DNA from: Clostridia bacterium
GTDB taxonomy: Bacteria; Bacillota; Peptococcia; DRI-13; PHAD01
Assembly (NCBI GenBank): GCA_034003745.1
Contig: JAVEYA010000002.1
Location: forward strand, 308 to 64,307
Length of the DNA stretch: 64,000 bases
Direction of reading: 5' to 3'
The translations under genes were made by a program, and so were the position numbers. Of the stretch, positions 1-12,879 are shown one piece after another (position 1 is the first letter of the stretch; every line of letters begins with the position of its first letter). The notes beneath the pieces are model-generated. The model was given only the letters and a program-made list of their open reading frames with translations. It was not told the origin of the DNA and searched no databases.

Positions 1-246
1 AAAAAATTCCCTATCAATTTAAAATCTCCACGGGTATTGATCAATAAGGAAAATTATAAGATCCTGCAAGTATTGGATGTTATTAATGAATGGGAAAAAT
101 GGTCGGAGTATAATACTCAAGAAACATTTAAGATACTTAATAGATATATTGCTTCAAGCAATATTGATTCCCAAAAGCTGCGTGAATATCTACGTTTTTA
201 CCCCGCCAAAGTATCCAAAAAAGCAATAGAAAGCGGGTTAATTTAA
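1..246 (+). CDS. 3' fragment of a hypothetical protein gene running off the window edge
   Basis: Frame 1 is open from nt 1 to TAA 244-246 (track ORF 37..246 is its tail). Visibly AT-rich compared with the rest of the window. No motif recognised. Confidence 0.35.
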   Translation, partial: KKFPINLKSPRVLINKENYKILQVLDVINEWEKWSEYNTQETFKILNRYIASSNIDSQKLREYLRFYPAKVSKKAIESGLI

Positions 247-357
247 TGTATTTATATCAAAATCCTGAAGATTTACAGGAATACAATTAATTATTAACTC
301 TAATGTTTTTAGTTAAATAGGGAAAAACACCATAGGCCTCAGATACTGCTTAAAAAC

Positions 358-392
358 AATATCCCCATGAATAATCACGGGGATATTTTTAT
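358..392. terminator. bidirectional rho-independent terminator between convergent genes
   Basis: Hairpin AATATCCCC-ATGAATAATCAC-GGGGATATT flanked by A-run upstream and T-run downstream. Sits between the + strand fragment and the - strand cls. Confidence 0.6.
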
Positions 393-426
393 TTATGATG
401 AAATAATAGGCATTTGTTCAACGTTA

Positions 427-1977
427 TTATAATAAAGGCGAAAACAGCCGGACCACGGACTCCAGAATGCGCCGGGGCAGGGGGCGTTCTTTGAAACTCT
501 CCAGCAAGAGCTGTTCCGAGTGCAGCAGGTCGTTCTTAAAATCTTCTTCCAGCCGCCGGGTGGTCTCTTTATCATAGACCAGCGCGTTGACCTCAAAATT
601 TAGTTTAAAACTGCGCTGGTCCATATTGGCGGAGCCCACCGAGGAAACGAGGCCGTCTACGGTCAGCACTTTGGCGTGGATAAAGCCGTTCTGATAGAGG
701 TAGATTTCCGCCCCCGCTTCCAGGAGTTCCTCCAGGTAAGACATCGCCGCCCAGAGCAGAAACTTGTGGTCGGGATTGGCCGGGAGCAGCATTTTCACTT
801 CCACCCCGCTTAAGGCCGCCGTTTTCAGCGCTGTCAGAATACTTTCATTGGGGATAAAATAGGGGGAAGTCAGATAAATGGACTTCTCCGCGGTGGCAAT
901 AGCATAGTAGAAAACCTGCATAATAGCCTCCCAGGGCGTATCAGGCCCGCTGGAAGTTATCTGCACCGGTTTGCCGCCGGTTTGGCGGGGCGGGGCGCAG
1001 GGCATATCCTTGACAGGTTCCTTGCTGATAAAGTGCCAGTCCTGCAAAAAAATCCTATGGAGATAACAAACGGCGTCGCCGTTGATTTGCAGGTGCGTAT
1101 CCCGCCAGTTGCCGAACTGCGGATCGCGTCCGAGGTATTCATCTCCGATATTGATGCCCCCCAGGAAGCCGGTTGTATCGTCCACCACCAGGATTTTGCG
1201 GTGATTGCGATAATTGATGGTGTTATGGAAATAGGGCACCCTCACCGGGAAAAAAGGCTTGATCTGCACGCCATGCTCCCGCAGGTTCTGCAGGTAGGCG
1301 GGGCTCAGTTCCCGGGAGCCCAGGCCGTCGTAAATGACCCGCACATCCACCCCTTGGGCCGCCTTGGCCAGCAGGATTTCGGTGAATTTCATCCCGATAC
1401 TGTCGCTCCTCAAGATATAGGTTTCCAGGTGAATCAGCCTTTCGGCCTTTTCTATAGCTGCAAGCATGGCGGGGAAGATTTCGTCCCCGTCGGTCAGCAC
1501 CTGGATTTCATTGTTTAAGGTAACCGGGAAAGAGGCGTTATTCAAAATCAGCTGCATCAGCCGTGCTTTGGAAGCCGGTATATCCTTTAATATAGCGGAA
1601 TGCTCGAGCGTTAGGTCCGGTGGGTCGAAGCATTCGTTTAATTTTCTTTTTTTGGCGGTCAGATGACGCTTGCGAAATTGCCGGCCAATGGTCAGATACA
1701 GGATAAAGCCGATGACAGGCAAGAAGATCAACACCAAGAGCCAGGCCAGCGTGCGGGCCGGGTCGCGCCTTTCCAGCACGATGACGATCCCTGTAAAAAT
1801 GACCAGCGCCGCCATCAGCACAGAAAGAATATCTGTGGTCGCCTGGAAGAACGGCGAGGGCGTCAAATTGCGGAAAAAAGTGAAAATAGCTTTATAGGCG
1901 GTGTTTAGGATGATGCCGTTTACCGCCAGCAGGATCAGAATAAAGACGATGATAAGGGGAGTTCCGGCCTTTTTCAT
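427..1977 (-). CDS. cls: cardiolipin synthase (PLD family)
   Basis: Track ORF 427..1983. Two HKD motifs (NHRKILVVDD, IHAKVLTVDG) and N-terminal TM helices. Start moved to ATG 1977, 5 nt after AGGAGG. Confidence 0.9.
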   Translation of the reverse strand: MKKAGTPLIIVFILILLAVNGIILNTAYKAIFTFFRNLTPSPFFQATTDILSVLMAALVIFTGIVIVLERRDPARTLAWLLVLIFLPVIGFILYLTIGRQFRKRHLTAKKRKLNECFDPPDLTLEHSAILKDIPASKARLMQLILNNASFPVTLNNEIQVLTDGDEIFPAMLAAIEKAERLIHLETYILRSDSIGMKFTEILLAKAAQGVDVRVIYDGLGSRELSPAYLQNLREHGVQIKPFFPVRVPYFHNTINYRNHRKILVVDDTTGFLGGINIGDEYLGRDPQFGNWRDTHLQINGDAVCYLHRIFLQDWHFISKEPVKDMPCAPPRQTGGKPVQITSSGPDTPWEAIMQVFYYAIATAEKSIYLTSPYFIPNESILTALKTAALSGVEVKMLLPANPDHKFLLWAAMSYLEELLEAGAEIYLYQNGFIHAKVLTVDGLVSSVGSANMDQRSFKLNFEVNALVYDKETTRRLEEDFKNDLLHSEQLLLESFKERPLPRRILESVVRLFSPLL

Positions 1978-2103
1978 AGGCACCTCCTAAATCAAGCGCT
2001 TATACATATTTTACTATTGTTTGGATAATTATTATAGAGTATGCTTGCTTGTTAAAATCCTTTTAAACGAGATTAAAATAAGATTAAATGAGCTTAAATT
2101 CCC

Positions 2104-2132
2104 TTGACAACCAGAATTCAGCGAAATAGAAT
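2104..2132 (+). promoter_or_regulatory. sigma-A-type promoter of RND operon
   Basis: TTGACA (2104-2109), 17-nt spacer, TAGAAT (2127-2132). Confidence 0.55.
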
Positions 2133-2145
2133 TGGTATGTATACT

Positions 2146-2161
2146 GACCGACTGTTCGGTC
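2146..2161. promoter_or_regulatory. palindromic operator candidate (TetR site)
   Basis: Perfect inverted repeat GACCGA-CTGT-TCGGTC just downstream of the -10 box. A TetR gene closes the same operon. Confidence 0.45.
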
Positions 2162-2184
2162 GGAATGAGCCGGGAGGGAAAGAA

Positions 2185-3188
2185 ATGCGAAAAAGAAGAA
2201 TTGTACTAATCATCATGCTCTTGTTTACAATAGCGCTGGCAGCGGGATGCGGCGGCCAACAGCCGGCGTCCGCGCCGGAAGAGGAAGCGAAAATACCGGT
2301 CAGGACAACCGCTGTTCTGAAGAGTTCGCTGCAAAAGTCCATTAACCTCGGCGGTCTTTTAGCACCCCAGGATGAAATCTATTTAAGCGCCAAAAGCCCC
2401 GCTTTCAAAGTTTTACATAACCTGGCCGCCGTCGGCGACGAAGTTTCCGCGGGCCAGACTTTGATTACCTTTGACGGTCGGGAAATTGACCTGCAGCTGG
2501 AGCAGGCCAGGCTCAGCTACCAGCGCAATCTGGCTTTATTCGAGGCGGGCGCCGTTTCCCAGGCGCAGCTGGAACAGCTGAAACTGGCCCTCGATAATCT
2601 GGAACTGCAAAAAGAAAGCCTTCTTCTCACCAGCCCGATCAACGGCGTCATCGCCAGCTTCACGGCCGTGGAAGGGCAGTTGGCCGGCGCTCAGCCCCTC
2701 GCTTCGGTGGTGAATATCGATAAACTGAAACTAAAGGTACAGGTGGGGGAAGCCAATATCGGCAAGCTCCGCCTGGGGGAGGAAATGGAAGTCGTCATCC
2801 CGGCCGCGGACCGGACGTTTACCGGTCTGATTACAGCCATCGCCCCGCAGATTGACAATATGACCAAAGCCTATCCCGTCACTTTGGAAATGGATAACCC
2901 GGACAGAGCCGTGAAGGGCGGTATGTACGCCGAAATCAAGCTGGTGGTGGAAAGTAAAGACGACGTCATCGTCATTCCCCAGAGCGCCATTTTGGAGCAG
3001 GACCGGCAGCAGATCGTCTTTGTGGTGGAAAATGATATCGCGAAAATGAAGACAGTGCAGGTTGGACTGACCCTGGGCAACGCTGCGGAAATCACCGAGG
3101 GGCTCTCCGCCGGCGAGCAGATCATCGTGGAAGGGCAATACGCGGTGAAAGACGGGAGCCCGGTAGAGATCACGCGAGGTGAAAAATA

Positions 3189-3189
<1 letters not shown>
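2185..3189 (+). CDS. RND efflux periplasmic adaptor (HlyD/MFP family) lipoprotein
   Basis: Track ORF 2104..3189. ATG 2185 follows GGGAGGG. Lipobox-like LAAGC, coiled-coil segment, TSPINGVI barrel motif. Stop overlaps the next start (TAATG). Confidence 0.85.
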
Positions 3190-6345
<3,156 letters not shown>

Positions 6346-6353
<8 letters not shown>

Positions 6354-6945
6354 GCCTGGCGTCACCGGCAAGCGTAAGCTGATTCTGAAGGCCGCCACGG
6401 AAGTATTCTCCGACAAAGGATTTTACGGGGCCAAGATCGAAGATATCGCCCAAGCCGCGGCCATCGGCAAGGGAACCGTTTACGAATATTTTCGCAGCAA
6501 GGAGCAGCTGTTTACCGAACTGATCAAAGAAGGGGTACAAGGCTTTGAGAATATGCTGGCCGCGGAGATCCAGAAGGCGCAGACGGCGCGGGAAAAACTG
6601 CGCTGCCTGATACGCGTGCAGATCAAATTCGGCCAGCGCTACCGGCTGTTGGCCAAGTCTATTATGAATGACTATATCCCTTTGGATGACGCTTTCCGCA
6701 GCTGGCTGCGGCAGTTGCACACACATCATCTGGACATGATTGAAGAAATCATCCGGGGCGGGATGGCCGCCCGGGAAATCCGCCCCATTGACCCCGGGAT
6801 CTTTGCCTTGCTGTTTTACGGCGGCATGGGGATGATTTGCAGCCCCTTGCAGGAAAAGGAGTTCACCGAAGAAGAATTGGAAAAGACCGCCGGGCAGATT
6901 CTGGACTATTATTTTACGGGTCTGGCCGCGGCAGGAGGCTGTTGA
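6346..6945 (+). CDS. TetR/AcrR family transcriptional regulator
   Basis: HTH IEDIAQAAAIGKGTVYEYFRSKE. ATG 6346 overlaps the permease stop (ATGTTTGA). Confidence 0.85.
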
Positions 6946-6950
6946 TCAAG

Positions 6951-7505
6951 ATGAGTCAGAAAACTTTTGTCGCCCTGGGCGCCTCGATTACCGCAGGCTA
7001 CCCCTATAAGCACAAGGATTCCTGGGTGGAGCAGGTGGGCCGGGCCACAGGCTGGCGGACAATCAACGCCGGCGTTCCGGGGGATACCTTCGCCGATTTA
7101 TACGAGCGCCTGGAGGATGATGTGTTCTATCATTACCCCCATATTGTCAGCGTGATGGCCGGAACGAATGATTGCTTTCAGGGCTTTTCCCAGTCCGAGA
7201 TGCAGCAGAATTTTTTGCGGATCCTGGAGAAATTGACCGCGCAGAAGATTCAGGTTATCGTGGGCCTGCCTTTACCGGTGGATACGCCGCAAGAAGCCCA
7301 GCTGAAAGTATTGCGGTCTTGGCTCAGAGCGTATGCCGCTGAAAACGGCTTCGTTATAATTGATTTTGCTCAGGATTTTTTTAATGAAAAAGGTGAAATA
7401 CAAGAAGAACTGCTTTTGGACGGTTGTCATCCGACCCGGGAGGGCTATGCTTTAATGGGCGAGCGGGCCATTTCGTCCTTGCGCGCACAGGGGTTATTTG
7501 CTTAA
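6951..7505 (+). CDS. SGNH/GDSL hydrolase
   Basis: Track ORF 6837..7505 trimmed to ATG 6951. Blocks ALGASITAGY, AGTND, DGCHPTREGY. Confidence 0.8.
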   Translation: MSQKTFVALGASITAGYPYKHKDSWVEQVGRATGWRTINAGVPGDTFADLYERLEDDVFYHYPHIVSVMAGTNDCFQGFSQSEMQQNFLRILEKLTAQKIQVIVGLPLPVDTPQEAQLKVLRSWLRAYAAENGFVIIDFAQDFFNEKGEIQEELLLDGCHPTREGYALMGERAISSLRAQGLFA

Positions 7506-7547
7506 ATAAGGGCGCATCCGGGCTTTATGTATACTTGCAAAATATAC

Positions 7548-7576
7548 TTGCCAAAGTGAGAAGGACTTGGGATAAT
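7548..7576 (+). promoter_or_regulatory. candidate promoter
   Basis: TTGCCA, 17 nt, GATAAT, about 50 nt upstream of ATG 7626. Confidence 0.4.
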
Positions 7577-7625
7577 ATTCTTAAACCGTTTTTGGCAAGG
7601 ATAAATACTGGAAGGAGTGATCCGT

Positions 7626-7985
7626 ATGACTTCTGACGGGAAAGAGAAAATCAAAGCCAAATTCCAGGAATTAATTAATTTGATTAAAGACGAAGCCACC
7701 ACCGAAAGCCAGGACTTCAAGCAGGACGTCATCAAGGCTGTTACGGAGATTAAGGATAATCTCGAGGAAAATTGGGATAAAACCATTGATATCAAGGACA
7801 AAACCCAGGAGAACCTGAACGAACTGATGAAGGACCTGGAAGCCAAAGCCCTGAAGGTCCAGTATACCGTACAGGAAAAATATTCCCAAGGCGTGGATAA
7901 GAAGGACGAATACGTGGTGAAAACCGCCGACGCGCTGGTAGAGGCCATCACCAAAACAAAGCAGGCGCTGGTTAAAGGCAAATAA
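7626..7985 (+). CDS. hypothetical K/E-rich helical protein (about 119 aa)
   Basis: Track ORF 7617..7985. ATG 7626 lies 8 nt after GAAGGAG. Charged, repetitive helical sequence with no motif recognised. Confidence 0.55.
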   Translation: MTSDGKEKIKAKFQELINLIKDEATTESQDFKQDVIKAVTEIKDNLEENWDKTIDIKDKTQENLNELMKDLEAKALKVQYTVQEKYSQGVDKKDEYVVKTADALVEAITKTKQALVKGK

Positions 7986-8024
7986 TCCGGACCAAATATT
8001 GTTCGCAAATTTTAGGTAGCTGCG

Positions 8025-8055
8025 AACATGGGATACGCTTGCCGTATCCCATGTT
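8025..8055 (+). promoter_or_regulatory. 13-bp stem hairpin in aconitase leader
   Basis: AACATGGGATACG-CTTGC-CGTATCCCATGTT. The 3' arm 8-mer ATCCCATG recurs at 8078-8085, covering the aconitase ATG. Confidence 0.4.
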
Positions 8056-8082
8056 GCATTGTAGGAAAGGAGAGACGATCCC

Positions 8083-10020
8083 ATGGCGCTTAATCTGATA
8101 CAGAAAATTATTCAGGCTCATCTGATCTCAGGAACCTTGGAGCCCGGCCGGGAAATCGGACTCAAAATCGACCAGACCCTCACCCAGGACGCCACCGGTA
8201 CGATGGCTTATCTGGAATTTGAAGCCATTGGCCTGCCCCGGGTGAAGACGGAGCTTTCGGTGAGCTATGTAGACCATAATACCCTGCAGACAGGCTTTGA
8301 AAACGCCGATGACCACCGTTTTCTGCAGACGGCGGCGGCGAAGTACGGCGTCTATTTTTCCCGTCCCGGCAACGGGATCTGTCATCAGGTGCATCTGGAA
8401 CGCTTCGGCAAGCCGGGGAAGACTTTGCTCGGCTCGGACAGCCATACCCCCACCGGCGGGGGCCTGGGGATGCTGGCTATTGGCGCCGGCGGCCTGGATG
8501 TCGCGTTGGCCATGGCGGGGGAGCCCTTTTACCTGACCATGCCCAGGGTAGTCAATGTCTATTTGACCGGGGAGCTGAGCCCTTGGGTGTCCGCCAAGGA
8601 AATCATCCTGGAACTCCTGCGTCTTTTGACTGTCAAGGGCGGCGTAGGAAAAGTCTTTGAATACTCCGGACCGGGCGTGAAAGGCTTAAGCATTCCCGAA
8701 CGGGCCACCATCACCAATATGGGCGCCGAACTGGGCGCTACCTCCTCCGTTTTCCCCAGCGACGAGACCACCCGGAAGTTTCTGGCCGCCCAGGAGCGGG
8801 AAGAGGATTTCATAAAAATTTCCGCTGATGAGGGCGCAACTTATGATGAAACGATAAAAATAGATCTCTCCACCCTGGTTCCTTTGGTGGCCAAACCGCA
8901 CAGCCCCGATAACGTCGTGCCGGTCACAGAAGTGGAGAAAGTAAAGGTCGATCAGGTTTTCATCGGCAGCTGCACCAACTCTTCGCTGACCGATATGCTG
9001 AAAGTAGCCGCTATCCTGCGCGGCAAGGTCGTCCATCCGGACGTCAGCCTATGTATTGCGCCCGGTTCCAAACAGGTGCTGCAGATGCTGGCTGCCAACG
9101 GCGCGCTGGCCGATCTGGTGGCCGCCGGGGCGCGCATCCTTGAATCGGCCTGCGGACCTTGCGTCGGCGTAGGCCAGGCGCCCGCCTCCCAGGCAGTATC
9201 TTTACGGACTTCCAATCGTAATTTCGAAGCCCGCAGCGGTACCGCCGACGCGGAAATATATCTCGCCAGCGCCGAGACCTGCGCGGCCTCGGCTTTGACC
9301 GGACATATCACCGATGCCCGCACCTTGGGAGCTGCTGTTCAACTGAACCTGCCCGACAAATTTACCGTGGACGACCGCATGATTATCCCGCCGCCCCAGG
9401 ATGGCAGCGCAGTGGAGATTGTCCGCGGGCCCAATATCCGGCCGCTGCCCCAGTTTAACGAGCTGCCGGCCTCCCTTTCCGGCGAAGCGGTCATCAAAGT
9501 GGGCGATAATATTACCACCGACCATATCATGCCGGCCGGCGCGAAGATCCTGCCGTTCCGCTCCAATATCCCCGAAATCTCCAAGCATGTCTTTGCCCCG
9601 GTGGATAAGGAATTTTACAGCCGCGCCACCGCTAAAGGCGGCGGTTTCATCATCGGCGGGCATAACTACGGGCAGGGTTCCAGCCGCGAGCACGCCGCGC
9701 TGGCCCCCAAGCACCTGGGCATCAAGGCGGTCATTGTCAAGTCCTTTGCCCGCATTCATCTGCAGAATCTGATCAACTTCGGCATTTTGCCCCTGACCTT
9801 TGCCGAGGAGAAAGACTACGACGGTATTGCCTCCGGCGATACGCTGGAGATACAGAATTTGCTGCAGGATATCGAGACCAACAGTATCCAAGTTTATAAC
9901 CGGACGAAAAATCAACAGTATGCGGTAAAACACTCCCTCAGCGTCCGGCAGCTGGAGATGCTCAAGGCCGGAGGTCTCTTGAATTTCGTGGGAATAAATA
10001 AATCTACTTTGGCAAGATAA
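8083..10020 (+). CDS. acn: aconitate hydratase (645-aa type)
   Basis: Motifs IDQTLTQDATG, GSDSHT, IGSCTNSS, SNRNFEARSG of the aconitase Fe-S dehydratase family. Confidence 0.9.
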   Translation: MALNLIQKIIQAHLISGTLEPGREIGLKIDQTLTQDATGTMAYLEFEAIGLPRVKTELSVSYVDHNTLQTGFENADDHRFLQTAAAKYGVYFSRPGNGICHQVHLERFGKPGKTLLGSDSHTPTGGGLGMLAIGAGGLDVALAMAGEPFYLTMPRVVNVYLTGELSPWVSAKEIILELLRLLTVKGGVGKVFEYSGPGVKGLSIPERATITNMGAELGATSSVFPSDETTRKFLAAQEREEDFIKISADEGATYDETIKIDLSTLVPLVAKPHSPDNVVPVTEVEKVKVDQVFIGSCTNSSLTDMLKVAAILRGKVVHPDVSLCIAPGSKQVLQMLAANGALADLVAAGARILESACGPCVGVGQAPASQAVSLRTSNRNFEARSGTADAEIYLASAETCAASALTGHITDARTLGAAVQLNLPDKFTVDDRMIIPPPQDGSAVEIVRGPNIRPLPQFNELPASLSGEAVIKVGDNITTDHIMPAGAKILPFRSNIPEISKHVFAPVDKEFYSRATAKGGGFIIGGHNYGQGSSREHAALAPKHLGIKAVIVKSFARIHLQNLINFGILPLTFAEEKDYDGIASGDTLEIQNLLQDIETNSIQVYNRTKNQQYAVKHSLSVRQLEMLKAGGLLNFVGINKSTLAR

Positions 10021-10035
10021 AGGAGCTGTGAGACA

Positions 10036-11244
10036 ATGGCGGAAAAAATAACCGTGCAAGACGGCAGGCTGGCTGTGCCGGATCATCCCATTATCCCCTA
10101 TATCGAAGGCGACGGCACCGGTCCGGATATCTGGCGCGCCTCCCAGGCAGTCATCGAAGCCGCGGTGGAAAAAGCCTATGGCGGTAAAAGAAAGATAGAA
10201 TGGCTGGAAATCCTGGCCGGAGAGAAATCCTTTAACCTGAACGGTTCCTGGCTGCCCGCAGAAACGGTGGAAGCTATCCGGGAATACATTGTAGCCATCA
10301 AGGGCCCGCTGACCACCCCGGTGGGCGGCGGTATCCGCAGCATCAATGTGACCCTGCGCCAGCTCCTGGACTTATATGCCTGCGTACGCCCGGTCAAGTG
10401 GATTCAGGGAGTGCCCAGTCCGCTGGTCAATCCCCAGTGGGTCGACGTTATTATTTTCCGTGAAAATAACGAAGATATTTATGTAGGCATTGAATGGGAA
10501 AGAGGCAGTAACGAGGCCCGAAAAGTGGCGGATTTCCTGCGGACACAGATGTCCTGTGAGATTCCCGACGACGCCGGCATCGGCATCAAATATATGGGAC
10601 AGCGCGCCTCCGAGCGTATCATGCGCAAGGCCATGCGCTACGCCGTAGAGAATCACAAGCAGAAAGTTACGATTGTCCATAAGGGCAACATTATGAAATA
10701 TACTGAAGGCGCTTATAAGAAGTGGTGCTATGATCTGGCAAAGAAAGAGTTTGCCGACGTCATCATCCTGGAAGACGAACTGGCTCAGCATGGCGGCGGG
10801 ATTCCGGCCGGGAAAATTCTGGTCAATGACCGCATCGCCGACAACATGTTCCAGCAGCTGATTATCCGCAGCAACGAATATGAGGTGCTGGTCTGCCCCA
10901 ATTTGAACGGGGACTATATTTCCGACGCTGCCGCCGCTTTGGTGGGCGGGCTGGGGATGGCCCCGGGGGCGAACATTTCCGATCATCTGGCCCTCTTTGA
11001 GGCCACCCACGGGACAGCGCCCAAATATGCGGGAATGGACAAGGTCAACCCCGGCTCGTTTTTGCTTTCGGCCGTGATGATGCTCGAATATATCGGCTGG
11101 AAGGAAGCGGCCGCGCTGATTGAAAAAGGACTGGGGCAGGCTGTGCTGGATAAGCAGGTCACCTACGACCTGGCCCGGCAGCTCGAAGGCGCCCGGGAGC
11201 TGAAAAGCTCCGAATTTGCCCAGGCACTCATCGCGAGAATGTAA
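10036..11244 (+). CDS. icd: isocitrate dehydrogenase (NADP-type homodimeric)
   Basis: [47 protein letters not shown]. Confidence 0.92.
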   Translation: MAEKITVQDGRLAVPDHPIIPYIEGDGTGPDIWRASQAVIEAAVEKAYGGKRKIEWLEILAGEKSFNLNGSWLPAETVEAIREYIVAIKGPLTTPVGGGIRSINVTLRQLLDLYACVRPVKWIQGVPSPLVNPQWVDVIIFRENNEDIYVGIEWERGSNEARKVADFLRTQMSCEIPDDAGIGIKYMGQRASERIMRKAMRYAVENHKQKVTIVHKGNIMKYTEGAYKKWCYDLAKKEFADVIILEDELAQHGGGIPAGKILVNDRIADNMFQQLIIRSNEYEVLVCPNLNGDYISDAAAALVGGLGMAPGANISDHLALFEATHGTAPKYAGMDKVNPGSFLLSAVMMLEYIGWKEAAALIEKGLGQAVLDKQVTYDLARQLEGARELKSSEFAQALIARM

Positions 11245-11327
11245 GGTAAGAATATCATGTATACTGTATACTTTCTGAAATCGTTTAGAATGATGGTATA
11301 ATTGCTTCAATAAAGGAGGGAATAACA

Positions 11328-12740
11328 ATGATAGAAAAAAGAAAAATCGGCATTACCGATACCAGTTTTCGGGATGCACACCAGTCTCTTCTGGCCACCA
11401 GAATGAAGACGGAAGATATGATTCCCATCGCTGCGAAAATGGATGAGGTCGGCTTTCACTCCATGGAGGTTTGGGGCGGCGCTACTTTTGATACATGCAT
11501 GCGCTTCTTGAACGAAGACCCCTGGGAGCGTCTGGACAAACTGAGGAAGGTCATCAAGAAAACCAAGCTGCAAATGCTCCTGCGCGGCCAGAACCTCGTA
11601 GGTTACAAGCATTATGCCGACGACGTGGTGGAGGACTTTGTCAAGAAGACCGTGGCCCATGGTATGGATATCTTTCGTATTTTTGACGCCATGAACGACG
11701 TCCGGAACCTGCAGAAGGCCGTGGAAGTCGCCAAAAAAGAAGGCGCCCATGTCCAGGCCACCTTCAGCTACACCATCAGTCCCGTTCATGATCTGAACTA
11801 CTATTTGAACATGGCCCGGCAGCTGGCTGATATCGGCGCGGACTCCTTCTGTATCAAGGACATGGCCGGTATTCTGAAGCCTTATGTTGCTGCCGAACTG
11901 GTCAGCGAGCTGAAGAAGAAATTTAAAAATATCCCGGTCCAGCTGCATACCCATTATACCAGCGGGATGGCCTCCATGATGTATATGAAAGGTATTGAAG
12001 CCGGCGCCGACGTGGTGGATACGGCCATTTCTTCCATGGCGCTGGGCACTTCCCAGCCGCCCACAGAATCCATTGTGGCCTCTTTGGCGGATTCTCCCTA
12101 TGATACCGGACTGGACCTCCCCAAGCTGTCCGAGATTGCCGAATACTTCAAGGATGTCCGCAAGAAATACCAGGCTTTCGACGTCTACAAATCCGGCGTC
12201 GATACCAATGTGCTGCTTTACCAGATTCCTGGCGGCATGCTTTCCAACTTTATCACCCAGTTGCAGGAGCAGAACGCTGTGGATAAATTGCAGGATGTGC
12301 TGGATGAAGTACCGCGGGTCCGGGAAGACCTGGGCTACCCGCCGCTGGTCACCCCCACTTCCCAGATCGTCGGCACCCAGGCCGTGATGAACGTGCTTCT
12401 GGGACGTTACAAAATGGTCACCAATGAAGTCAGAAGCTACATGAAAGGCATGTACGGCGCGACGCCCGCCCCGGTCAATGAAGATATCCGCAAAATGATT
12501 ATCAAAGACGAGCAGCCCATTACAGGCCGTCCGGCCGATTTTATCGAGCCGGAAATGGAGAAAGCCCGCCGGGAGATCGGCATCTATCTGCAGAAGGAAG
12601 AAGATGTCCTTTCCTACGTTATCTTCCCGCAGGTAGCCAGGCAGTTCCTGGAAGAGCGGTACGCGGCCAAGACCCATGTCGACTACAAAATCGCCAACGA
12701 GAACGAAGACACCATGGGTGCGAAAGTCTATCCCCTATAA
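11328..12740 (+). CDS. carboxyltransferase of the OadA / PycB / transcarboxylase-5S type, without biotinyl domain
   Basis: GITDTSFRDAHQSL and LHTHYTSGMA metal-site motifs. 470 aa with no C-terminal AMKM biotin-attachment motif. Confidence 0.85.
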   Translation: MIEKRKIGITDTSFRDAHQSLLATRMKTEDMIPIAAKMDEVGFHSMEVWGGATFDTCMRFLNEDPWERLDKLRKVIKKTKLQMLLRGQNLVGYKHYADDVVEDFVKKTVAHGMDIFRIFDAMNDVRNLQKAVEVAKKEGAHVQATFSYTISPVHDLNYYLNMARQLADIGADSFCIKDMAGILKPYVAAELVSELKKKFKNIPVQLHTHYTSGMASMMYMKGIEAGADVVDTAISSMALGTSQPPTESIVASLADSPYDTGLDLPKLSEIAEYFKDVRKKYQAFDVYKSGVDTNVLLYQIPGGMLSNFITQLQEQNAVDKLQDVLDEVPRVREDLGYPPLVTPTSQIVGTQAVMNVLLGRYKMVTNEVRSYMKGMYGATPAPVNEDIRKMIIKDEQPITGRPADFIEPEMEKARREIGIYLQKEEDVLSYVIFPQVARQFLEERYAAKTHVDYKIANENEDTMGAKVYPL

Positions 12741-12757
12741 GTAAATACTAACAAAAT

Positions 12758-12788
12758 AAGACGGGTACCGTAATGTACCCGTCTTTTT
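12758..12788. terminator. rho-independent terminator (usable in both directions)
   Basis: AAGACGGGTAC-CGTAAT-GTACCCGTCTT followed by TTTT. An A-run on the other side serves the convergent small ORF. Confidence 0.7.
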
Positions 12789-12879
12789 GACGCCTTTTCA
12801 GTATCATGACCCCTATAAAATCGCCTCTTTCGACGAAATATCTATGGTTAGAGAAATATTTTACTCCTTATAATACCCT

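Noticed and set aside
11268-11289. cre-like (TGAAATCGTTTAGA) and CodY-box-like (TACTTTCTGAAATCG) sequences upstream of the carboxyltransferase gene.
   Set aside because: Both deviate from their consensus at critical positions (the cre ends AGA instead of WCA; the CodY box matches 10 of 15). Not distinguishable from chance without a scoring matrix.
9202-11328. Minus-strand ORFs 9202..10086 (294 aa) and 10372..11328 (318 aa).
   Set aside because: They are antisense to aconitase and isocitrate dehydrogenase, with no independent signals. Same shadow-ORF explanation.
12278-12286. Isolated perfect DnaA box (TGTGGATAA) inside the carboxyltransferase gene.
   Set aside because: It is a single intragenic occurrence, consistent with chance expectation for a 9-mer in 128 kb of searched strand.
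11307-12677. 456-aa minus-strand ORF spanning almost the whole carboxyltransferase gene.
   Set aside because: It is fully antisense to a + strand gene with unmistakable OadA/PycB motifs. Its translation is low-complexity (G/H/F/Q-rich) with no motif, SD or promoter. This is a typical shadow ORF of GC-rich coding DNA.
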